64,000 nt of DNA, from contig JAEHCO010000001.1 of NCBI GenBank assembly GCA_020697715.1, positions 544,001 through 608,000 of the forward strand. The letters run 5' to 3'. The notes beneath the pieces are model-generated. The model was not told where the DNA came from and ran no database searches. It was given only the letters and a program-made list of their open reading frames with translations. How positions within the stretch are numbered: position 1 is the first letter of the stretch; the number at the start of each line of letters is the position of its first letter. Of the stretch, positions 1-8,441 are shown piece by piece. This stretch comes from Methanobacteriota archaeon (lineage in GTDB: Archaea > Thermoplasmatota > Thermoplasmata > SG8-5 > JAGLSY01). The translations under genes were made by a program, and so were the position numbers.

Positions 1-1919
1 GCCTCATCAGTTTCCTGTGCCAGTATGAGATCAAAGACCTTGGTCAGGCCTTCACTTTGAAGTGTGAAGGAATCCGTTCTCCGGGTCTCATACCCACGAA
101 TGACCACTTTTTCCTCGGGCCAGATAACCTTCCCCACATACCTTTTCTTCGCTCCGTGTGAGAAAAGAGGATGGTATATGCCTTCGAATTCCAGCACCGC
201 GCCTTCTTTCGAATATCTCTCGGCAACTGATTTACCTATCTCCACGGCCTCGTCCATAGTATAGCCAGGCGACTGGAAGAACACGGAATCCGTGTCACCG
301 TATACGACCTTCAAATTCTCGCTTTCAAGTTGTGATATTATGGATTTAGTATTCTCGCGAGCGAAGCCCGTTATACTGGCTCCGATCTTCGGATTAGTGA
401 ACCTGTAGAAAGCGGAGGCAAATACACCATAGAAGGCGTTCATCAGAATTTTGATGGCAAATTGCACCCCATCGTAATATCGTTTCTCTTCCTCAGTGCT
501 GGCATTCTTCAATTTGATCTTTGTATCATCCCTTTCTGCCATCAATTTTTCAAGAACTCGGGGCAATAATCCTTCATATGTTCCCTTGTCAAGGTAGCTG
601 ACCCCTGGCTCCGGGCTTTTTATCGTGCCTTCAGGGCTGAGAGTGGTGAAACAGATATTCTTGGCAATTATCAAACTGGGGTACATGGATTTAAAATCCA
701 ACACACACACCCATTCATACAATCCGGGATCGATAGTGTGGACATATCCTCCTTCAATCTTGGAGGTCTTCTTGTGTCCGGATGTCACTGGCACTCCGAT
801 CTTGTGTTTATCAGCCTCTCGGATCAATATGGAATCAATAAGTGTGGAAGTCCTTCCATTGACAACGTCATCCAATGGAAGTTTGGCCACCGTGGCAAGG
901 TCCATTCCCTTTTCCAAAACAGCAATGTATTGAAGGATCTTCAAGGCCAATTCCGCATCCTTCTTGCAGTATTTTATCACTTTATCCTTATCATCCGCCC
1001 ATTCCTGATCTATATTGATAGGGTTGACATCGTGCTTCTTCTCTCCCAGATACTCCATCGCGACCGCGTTAAGGGTCTCTTTCTTCGGCCTAAGCTCTTG
1101 TTTGGCATTCCACCAAGCATCGGCTATGATCCGCCCATTAAGACGCCAGAATCGCCCTCCCACGGCCCTTGGATCGCTGAAGTTCCTGCCGATGTCTATC
1201 TTCACCTTGTGCAATTCCGCTCTTTCCAATACCATCGGAATATCATAACCATCAATATTGTATCCGGTTATGATGTCCGGATCCTCTCTTTTTATTACAT
1301 TGACAAAGTCCTGGAGTATGCTTTTCTCATTGCCATCAATACTGTAACTAACTATATCTGAGCTTCCGGTTGCGGAGATGGAATAACAGATAGTGTATAT
1401 CTCCTTTGTCGCGATACTATTCTCTATGTCGAAGCTGAAAATTTTAAGGGCTGGCTTGAATGGATCAGTTGTCTTGAAGTCTTTCGCATCCACCACTATA
1501 TCCGTGGTGTACATGCTCGTATCCACTTCACTGCCTTCCACTTCGAAACAGCTTCCCAGATCCATGTCATATATGAACCTGTGATGAAAAGGAATATCCG
1601 CTGCCAGCACAGTTGGCGGGAAATATTTTTTTCTGTAATCTGGAACCATCCAGGGATATTTTATCGTGACCTTGGCACATCTACGCGGTCCGCCATTGTA
1701 AAATAATTCGATATTGTCTTCCACATCCAAGACAATATCGTCTGACTTCAGGCCAGATAGCACTCCGGCAGTGGGTTCCACCAGGTAAAAATAAGGTTTG
1801 AAGCCATTATACCTAACAGTGATGGACTTGCCTGTATCCGTTTTGCCAAATAATTCAAGAGTGACATCGTCCCTTCTTGAATATGAGGCCGCTAACAATC
1901 GAACTTTCCATGATGTCAT
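1..1919 (-). CDS. polB: Family B DNA polymerase (C-terminus runs off the window start)
   Basis: Missing from the ORF track because it is truncated. Manual minus-strand translation from ATG 1919 gives MTSWKVRLLAASYSRRDDVTLELFGKT, exonuclease motifs (FDIE, GYNIDGYD) and polymerase motifs DFKSMYPS, KILMNAFYG and YGDTDS. The start overlaps the upstream stop (ATGA). Confidence 0.96.
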   Translation of the reverse strand, partial: MTSWKVRLLAASYSRRDDVTLELFGKTDTGKSITVRYNGFKPYFYLVEPTAGVLSGLKSDDIVLDVEDNIELFYNGGPRRCAKVTIKYPWMVPDYRKKYFPPTVLAADIPFHHRFIYDMDLGSCFEVEGSEVDTSMYTTDIVVDAKDFKTTDPFKPALKIFSFDIENSIATKEIYTICYSISATGSSDIVSYSIDGNEKSILQDFVNVIKREDPDIITGYNIDGYDIPMVLERAELHKVKIDIGRNFSDPRAVGGRFWRLNGRIIADAWWNAKQELRPKKETLNAVAMEYLGEKKHDVNPINIDQEWADDKDKVIKYCKKDAELALKILQYIAVLEKGMDLATVAKLPLDDVVNGRTSTLIDSILIREADKHKIGVPVTSGHKKTSKIEGGYVHTIDPGLYEWVCVLDFKSMYPSLIIAKNICFTTLSPEGTIKSPEPGVSYLDKGTYEGLLPRVLEKLMAERDDTKIKLKNASTEEEKRYYDGVQFAIKILMNAFYGVFASAFYRFTNPKIGASITGFARENTKSIISQLESENLKVVYGDTDSVFFQSPGYTMDEAVEIGKSVAERYSKEGAVLEFEGIYHPLFSHGAKKRYVGKVIWPEEKVVIRGYETRRTDSFTLQSEGLTKVFDLILAQETDE

Positions 1920-4843
1920 GTACCCTCTCCCATATCCATCAAGGCCTTTTTAGTCTTTTCAGTCCATATGTTCATATTTGCCTTACTGAAGATCTCCGCG
2001 GCCTTCATGAGTTCGGATCTAGCCTCATCAATATTTCCCTTGATCTTCTGTAATATTCCCATCTCGAAGATCAACATACCCAGTAGGGTGGCATCACCCA
2101 CTTCATTGATCAATACATTGGCTTTTTCCATCAATATCTCGGCCTTCTCAATGTCACCAATGTCTCTGTATGCCATTCCCTGGATCATGTAACACACTCC
2201 CTCATCTCTTTTGGCTCCCAATTCAATTGAAAGGTCAAGAGCCAGGCCAGCATATTCCAATGCTTTTTCACATTCTCCTATATCTATGAAGGTATCGGCC
2301 ATTCCATAATAGTTGTGTATCAGTAGTTGCTTATCTCCAATCTCATTACATAATTCAATGCTTTTTTCATGATATTCAAATGCCACATCATATTCCTCCA
2401 GGCTCTGGAATATGTACGCCATACTGCCAAGGGACCAGGAATATCCACTCTTATCACCGATCCTCTTCAATATCTCAAGGCTTTCCTCATGATACTGCCT
2501 TGATAGATCCAGGTCTCCCAGCGTGTGATATATGCTTCCTATATTGTCAAGAGTTCCCGCACGGCTATGTATGTCCTCTCTTTTTTCATCAATGGCCAGA
2601 CATTCCTTGAAGATATCCAATGCCTTATCGTTCTCTCCTCTTTCCATGTAGATAACAGCGATATTGTTCAGTGAACTTCCTCTTCCTCCAATATCTCCGA
2701 TCTCTTCTCTTACAGAGATGGCCTCGTTAAATGAGGCCAAAGCTTCGTCATAATCTCCCCTGAACCAGGATATCAATCCCATGTCGTGGGTGGCTTGAGC
2801 TATATCGATCCGACTGTCAAGTTTGACAGCCAGATCGATAACATCTTTTATGATCGGTTGGGAGCCATCATAATCTCCAGTTCGGATATAGGTGATACCC
2901 AACATTCTTTTCAATCTCGCAGTTTCTATATTCATACCATCATTCATGATATCGAGACCTTTCTGGCAGGCCTTCCTGCTTTCTTCATATTCTCCCATTT
3001 TCTCATGCACGATCGCGATCTTATAGTGGGCATTGGCCTTTTGTTTATCACTCATAGATATTTTTAATATATCTGAATAAAAAGCAAAAGCATCATCAAA
3101 ATTGCCAATTATGGTATGATTGTCACCGAGTCTCTCATTCAGCATAACTCTATTTTCAAGCACATCCTCCGCTCTGATATGGTTCAGGGAATTCAATGCA
3201 CTTTCATAGAGATTTATGGCCAGTTTTGGTGAGAAAGAGCTTTCGGCCAGTTCTCCACCACGGATGGAATATTCAAAAGCTTTTGAATATTCCAAAGTTT
3301 TCAAATAATGATGAGCCACCTCATACACAGTATCATCAAGTTCATTCCAATAGATACCTTCAAAATGTTCACCCAGGATCTTATGATATTTTATTTTCCA
3401 TCTCTGGTCAATGCCATTGTATATCACTTCCTTGAACATGGTTCTTGCAAATTCCCCGAATCTATCATCAGCCATGATAAGACCAGATACGGTCAGTTCA
3501 CCCATGATCTTGTCATGCCCCTGTATGAAATCAAGTGATAGGGTGGTGGTGATATCGAACCTCTGGCCAATGCATGATAAGAATTCCGCCATGCTCAATG
3601 CATTGGAATCCAGATGATCCAGTCTATTGAAGACTATAGCTTCCAGAGAATCAGGCGGACTATAATCCTCATTCACGAGCTTGGCTCCCCCACCATCATC
3701 AATTATGCAATTATCTCTGATCATGGATTCCAGGGTTTCGATAAGGAAAAGGGGATGCCCCTCTGTTTCCGAGCAGATACGATCGATGAACTTATCTGGA
3801 AACTCATTGTTTGGATACATGTTATTTATTATTTCAATAATATACTTTCTCTCCAGCTCGAGTACTGGCATCAATATGCGAGATCCATCCACGGTTCCTT
3901 TTATGAGCTCCTGAAGCCCACCATCAGCATCTGGCTTCACCGAGCAAAGCATCAATATGTTCTTGTCCCTGATATTTCTCGCAATATAATCTATTACGAA
4001 TTGTGATGACTCATCTGCCAGATGGATATCATCGATAGCCAGTACAACTGTTCTTTCTCTTGATAATTCAATGAGTTTGTTAAGCAGATGATCCGACACC
4101 CTCACTCTCTCCATTTCCAGATCAGATCCTTCTATGTCCTGCCTGACCTTGAATTTAATTGATGAAAGCCTATCGACATAATCCTGGATGACCTCCATAT
4201 CTTGGAGTTTGCCGCTCCAAGATCTGATGATATGGCCATGTTGTGATTCGATATCCCTGATCATATTCTTCATGACCCTTTCCATATCTGGATGTCCAGT
4301 ACCTTTGTATATCGAGGTCAGGAATATTCTTTCCCCATTCTCTATCAATATGCTCATATCTCCATATTCCATCTTCTTTATACCGCTCTTCTTTTCCAAA
4401 GATGTATCCAGTGAATTTCTGACAAAATCCTGCACAGCGGAGAGCATGCCAGCAAAAATATCGGCATCCATGTCGCCTGCCATCATGACGGAGGATTCAG
4501 CCAGTAATAGACCTGAGCGATCTATTACGAAGACCTTGGAAAATGATACATGGTCCTTTGGACGGAATAAAGGCTCAGATAGATATTTTTCAAAGGCAGT
4601 GGAAAATACATTGAATGGTTTGTATTCGCTTATGTCGGAATAGGCTTTTATTATCTTTATGTCATCCGTATCCTGGCTTTCCAGAAAATGATCCATGAGA
4701 ACGGATTTTCCAATTCCAGTTATCCCTGTTAGAAAGATCGAAGATCCCTTCATATCTCGGGCATCTGAAAGGCATTTATCGAGGATACTAATTTCATCCT
4801 CTCTTCCCATCAATTCAATTCTATTAGAGTAAGATGGGGACAT
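1916..4843 (-). CDS. STAND-like P-loop ATPase with inserted longin/roadblock-like domain and C-terminal TPR repeats
   Basis: MGREDE start, Walker A GITGIGKS, Walker B VVLAIDDIHLAD, GHPLFL motif and a long TPR array in the C-terminal half. Confidence 0.85.
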   Translation of the reverse strand: MSPSYSNRIELMGREDEISILDKCLSDARDMKGSSIFLTGITGIGKSVLMDHFLESQDTDDIKIIKAYSDISEYKPFNVFSTAFEKYLSEPLFRPKDHVSFSKVFVIDRSGLLLAESSVMMAGDMDADIFAGMLSAVQDFVRNSLDTSLEKKSGIKKMEYGDMSILIENGERIFLTSIYKGTGHPDMERVMKNMIRDIESQHGHIIRSWSGKLQDMEVIQDYVDRLSSIKFKVRQDIEGSDLEMERVRVSDHLLNKLIELSRERTVVLAIDDIHLADESSQFVIDYIARNIRDKNILMLCSVKPDADGGLQELIKGTVDGSRILMPVLELERKYIIEIINNMYPNNEFPDKFIDRICSETEGHPLFLIETLESMIRDNCIIDDGGGAKLVNEDYSPPDSLEAIVFNRLDHLDSNALSMAEFLSCIGQRFDITTTLSLDFIQGHDKIMGELTVSGLIMADDRFGEFARTMFKEVIYNGIDQRWKIKYHKILGEHFEGIYWNELDDTVYEVAHHYLKTLEYSKAFEYSIRGGELAESSFSPKLAINLYESALNSLNHIRAEDVLENRVMLNERLGDNHTIIGNFDDAFAFYSDILKISMSDKQKANAHYKIAIVHEKMGEYEESRKACQKGLDIMNDGMNIETARLKRMLGITYIRTGDYDGSQPIIKDVIDLAVKLDSRIDIAQATHDMGLISWFRGDYDEALASFNEAISVREEIGDIGGRGSSLNNIAVIYMERGENDKALDIFKECLAIDEKREDIHSRAGTLDNIGSIYHTLGDLDLSRQYHEESLEILKRIGDKSGYSWSLGSMAYIFQSLEEYDVAFEYHEKSIELCNEIGDKQLLIHNYYGMADTFIDIGECEKALEYAGLALDLSIELGAKRDEGVCYMIQGMAYRDIGDIEKAEILMEKANVLINEVGDATLLGMLIFEMGILQKIKGNIDEARSELMKAAEIFSKANMNIWTEKTKKALMDMGEGT

Positions 4844-4851
4844 ATAAGCCC

Positions 4852-6042
4852 CTACCTCCCACTGACAATTGTGATCACGTCACAATTGTCCAATTCATGA
4901 TCTTGCCCTATCACTCTTTTTGTCCTGGCATCTATCGCCCTGATGAACTTATCACCAAGATCTGTGTGGACCTTGTATGCCAGATCCTTCGCATTACTGC
5001 CCTTTGGCATCAAATGAGTATCTGGGAGGACCCGACCTTCTTTATCTGTTAGCTTTCCCTCATCTTCAACAGGATAGACATATATGAGGTCCAGTATGTC
5101 GAATATCGCCCTTTCCAAACATGGCTGCACTCCTGTTCCATCGAATTTTGTCATGAATTCCGCTATCTTCTTAAGGCCAGCGATCTGTCCAGCAGATAAT
5201 TTTGTTTCATCCACTATCTTGAAATGCGAGTCCCCTGGCACATAATCTATAAGGCCAGCCCCACCTGCTCTTCTCAGGGCCAGTTCGTATTCCGCCGATA
5301 TCATGATGATGGTCCTATCTTCCATCTCCTCAAGTTTTTTAATATTCTCCTCGGGAGCGATATCGCATTTATTGGCGGCGATGATTATTGGTTTTCCCGA
5401 TCTCTGGACCTCTGTGGCGAGCTTGAGGATCTCGTCATCACTCCATTTATCTGGATTTCCTTCCAGGCCAGCGGCACGTAATGCTCTGGTTATCTGGATC
5501 TCGGATATAGCCAGACCGGCGAGCCTATCATGAAGTGCTTTTTCTATCTTGATACCGACCAGCACGCTCTGTCTGCTGATCCTTTTCCAATCCTTCATGA
5601 TTATATTGCGTATCCAGTATACGACCTCCTTCTCCAGGAATTCAATATCCTCTTCTGGATCATGCTCCCCTATCCTGCATGGCGTGCCATCTATCAGAGT
5701 CCCACCACTGGCATCGATGATATGGATAAGAACACTCGCCTGCCTCAGGTCATCCAGGAACTGGTTTCCCATTCCCTTGCCCTCCCAGGCGCCTGGAACA
5801 AGGCCAGCAACATCAATGGCCTTGATGGGTATCAGCCTGGTACCTCCCTCACATTCGGAATTTCGAGGTGTACAAGTCACCTCGAATTCCTGGCACGGGC
5901 ATTTTCCACGAACATAGGCCACACCCACATTTGGCTCTACAGTTGTAAATGGATAATTAGCGATCTCCGCATTCGCCAGTGTCAGTGCTGAGAACATGGT
6001 TGATTTACCCACATTCGGTTTTCCTATAATTCCAATGTCCAT
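4852..6042 (-). CDS. ychF: Obg/YchF-family translation-associated NTPase with TGS domain
   Basis: GKPNVGKST, NYPFTT, DVAGL, NKCD and a C-terminal TGS domain (LAYKVHTDLG). Confidence 0.93.
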   Translation of the reverse strand: MDIGIIGKPNVGKSTMFSALTLANAEIANYPFTTVEPNVGVAYVRGKCPCQEFEVTCTPRNSECEGGTRLIPIKAIDVAGLVPGAWEGKGMGNQFLDDLRQASVLIHIIDASGGTLIDGTPCRIGEHDPEEDIEFLEKEVVYWIRNIIMKDWKRISRQSVLVGIKIEKALHDRLAGLAISEIQITRALRAAGLEGNPDKWSDDEILKLATEVQRSGKPIIIAANKCDIAPEENIKKLEEMEDRTIIMISAEYELALRRAGGAGLIDYVPGDSHFKIVDETKLSAGQIAGLKKIAEFMTKFDGTGVQPCLERAIFDILDLIYVYPVEDEGKLTDKEGRVLPDTHLMPKGSNAKDLAYKVHTDLGDKFIRAIDARTKRVIGQDHELDNCDVITIVSGR

Positions 6043-6161
6043 TTACCTACCCCACCACAATATAAGACTAGGTATAGAAATAAGTAATGTAGAATATGGA
6101 TAATGTCCTGGCTTGCTGATAATTTGTAGATATCGATATTCCCGATCTGGTGCTTGGAAGC

Positions 6162-7622
6162 TCATTCAAGTTCTTTCAAACAGATATCCAGGTTCTTCTC
6201 CGCATCCGCATTGCCCGGTGATATTTCCAATATCTTGCCATAACAATCAGCGGCATCCTGCCAATTTTTCAATTGAAATGAACCATTGGCCAATGTGAAC
6301 CACGCAGGTAGCGAATCTGGTCTTGATCGAAGAACTTCTGATACAGAGCTCATGGCCTTGTTTCCCTCACCCAGTTCATAATGTGATTGGGCTCTCATGC
6401 AGAGGGCCATCTCATCATATGGATTGATCTTCAAGGCTTTTTTGTAGTATGATATAGCTTCTTCATGTCTGCCCTTTTTGGCCAGTGACTTCGCCCTGTT
6501 CACAAGCCCACTAAAATCCTTTGGCTCGGTCAATTTCTTCTTTTTCTTCTTTCCTTTATCGGATTCATCCAGTTCGATGATCTCATCGTCCATGGCCCCC
6601 AGGGTCTCACTCCTGTAATAGTAAACATATCGTCCTTTTTTCTCCTTGTTCACCATCCCCCTCTCTTCCAGGTCTTTCAATCCTCTCTGGAAGGTGGATT
6701 CTGACATATCGTCCTTGACACTCTTCTTGATATCAGATCTGGAGATGGGATCATCCCCTATGCTCTCGAAAAGTTTCTGCTGGCTCTCATTGAGATGATC
6801 CGAGATATGATCATATTCACTCTCGATGATCTCCATTTCCGAGCTCAATTCCTGCAGATCGGCCTCCATCTTTTCCTGAACATCCTTTGGCTTTGATTTT
6901 TTCTTCTTTGTCCTTGTCTTTGCTGGCATTTCTTCCTCTGCCAAGCTTTTCTTCAAGATATTGAGTGCCTTCTCAGCCTTGGTGAAATCAGGATTGAGCC
7001 TATGAGCCCTTTCCAGGCATATGATCGCCTTACCGAATTTCTTCTGACCTATCAATGCCTTTCCTTTGATATACCAGCCCTCTGCAAAGGTCGGTCTCTC
7101 TTTCAGAACACCATCAATAAGTTCAATGGCTCCAGAATAATCCTTGGTATGTGTCAATGACACAGCTAGATTGTTCATAGCTGCCACATATCCAGGATCT
7201 ATCTCCAAGGCCTTTTTGTAACACGCTATGGACTCATCATGCTTGTCCATCTTGGCCAGTAGGTTTCCTTTATTGTTCCAGGCGGCTTCATGATCTGGTC
7301 TGAGCTCCAGCGCGGCATCGTAATATTCCATGGCCTCGCTATAATTCTTCATCTTGGCATATATCATTCCGATATTGGAGATGGCATCGATATACACCCC
7401 GTCCAGCTCCAGAGCTTTAAGGTGGCATTTTAGAGCTTCTTGGTACTTGCCAACTATGGCAAGAACCAAGCCTTTATTATTCCAAGCAATGGGATTATCT
7501 GGATCGGTCTTTATCGCGGCATTGTAGGACTGCATAGCGGGTCCTAGCTCGCCTTTCCTATAATGATCATTACCCTTGGCTATTACCTTTGAGACATTTG
7601 GTTTTGAGAAAGGCCTGGCCAT
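6162..7622 (-). CDS. TPR protein with a central winged-helix-like domain
   Basis: N-terminal TPRs (AWNNKG repeats), then a Lys-rich linker, a wHTH-like segment (SESTFQRGLKDLEERGMVNKEKKGRYVYY) and further TPRs. Start at MARPFSK is inferred. Confidence 0.8.
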   Translation of the reverse strand: MARPFSKPNVSKVIAKGNDHYRKGELGPAMQSYNAAIKTDPDNPIAWNNKGLVLAIVGKYQEALKCHLKALELDGVYIDAISNIGMIYAKMKNYSEAMEYYDAALELRPDHEAAWNNKGNLLAKMDKHDESIACYKKALEIDPGYVAAMNNLAVSLTHTKDYSGAIELIDGVLKERPTFAEGWYIKGKALIGQKKFGKAIICLERAHRLNPDFTKAEKALNILKKSLAEEEMPAKTRTKKKKSKPKDVQEKMEADLQELSSEMEIIESEYDHISDHLNESQQKLFESIGDDPISRSDIKKSVKDDMSESTFQRGLKDLEERGMVNKEKKGRYVYYYRSETLGAMDDEIIELDESDKGKKKKKKLTEPKDFSGLVNRAKSLAKKGRHEEAISYYKKALKINPYDEMALCMRAQSHYELGEGNKAMSSVSEVLRSRPDSLPAWFTLANGSFQLKNWQDAADCYGKILEISPGNADAEKNLDICLKELE

Positions 7623-7796
7623 TCCTATAGAACCCACGATAATACCGTATTTGATCATATTCAATTCAAGACGCTCCTACCACCGAGGTATGTGGATTTG
7701 TATCTAAATACTTAACGCTTTATGGATGATAGATCACGATGGTAAAACCATGATGAAAATTGATAGATGATGATCATCCATGAATAACAATTTTGA

Positions 7797-7915
7797 TCAA
7801 TCATGAATGTTCAATATTTGTATGGCCTTGTGAACGTCAACACAGGTGTTGACGGATCCAATTCAATCATGAATGTTCAATATTTGTATGGCCTTGTGAA
7901 CGTCAACACAGGTGT
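7797..7915. repeat. 53-bp exact direct repeat duplicating the 3' end of the DUF116 gene
   Basis: tcaatcatgaatgttcaatatttgtatggccttgtgaacgtcaacacaggtgt at 7797-7849 and 7863-7915, with a 13-bp spacer. Confidence 0.95.
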
Positions 7916-8405
7916 CCACGCACCCATCTTTGCTGAGTTGCACACCCTGGTATGGGATATTGGCCATGGTCAGCTTCTCGAATGCTTCTTCAAGCTCGAA
8001 CAGGCAGGCAATGCCGACGCAGGCTGCTGGCGTATGCTGTTTGATGATCTTGAAGACCAGACTTCCACCTGGGACGATATAGACTTGGTAACCCAAGCCC
8101 AGTGCATGACTCTTTATTTTGGTTATGTCGCAATCCCCGCAGTCCAGACACTGTAATCCCGTGCTGGTGATCTCCGCCTTGCAGGTCTTGGATGATTTCA
8201 TACAATGGGAAATGAAAAGCGCCCTCTGGCTGTAGGGTATCTTGGAAAATGTCCTCAGGTTCAATCTATTTCTTACTTCAACGTAGATACTGTCCAAAGC
8301 CCGCGTGTCATAGCCTATGAATTTCAATGCCGAGCGAACAGCATCCTTGGTTCCCACATCCAAACCCAAGCTGATCAACCTGTTCGTCATTTCTTCAACA
8401 TGCAT
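7863..8405 (-). CDS. DUF116 family protein
   Basis: RALFISHCM, CLDCGDC, IVPGGS, GIACLFEL and GCVDT motifs typical of DUF116. Confidence 0.85.
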   Translation of the reverse strand: MHVEEMTNRLISLGLDVGTKDAVRSALKFIGYDTRALDSIYVEVRNRLNLRTFSKIPYSQRALFISHCMKSSKTCKAEITSTGLQCLDCGDCDITKIKSHALGLGYQVYIVPGGSLVFKIIKQHTPAACVGIACLFELEEAFEKLTMANIPYQGVQLSKDGCVDTCVDVHKAIQILNIHD

Positions 8406-8441
8406 ACGGACATCATATACAATGAAGGACTATTTAAATAA

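Noticed and set aside
44-1584. Short ORFs in the first 1.6 kb of the ORF track
   Set aside because: Shadow frames of the truncated polB on the minus strand.
7797-7915. Possible mini-CRISPR array or DGR template/variable repeat
   Set aside because: Only two copies with a 13-bp spacer, one copy is coding, there are no adenine-specific mismatches, and no cas or reverse transcriptase gene is in the window.
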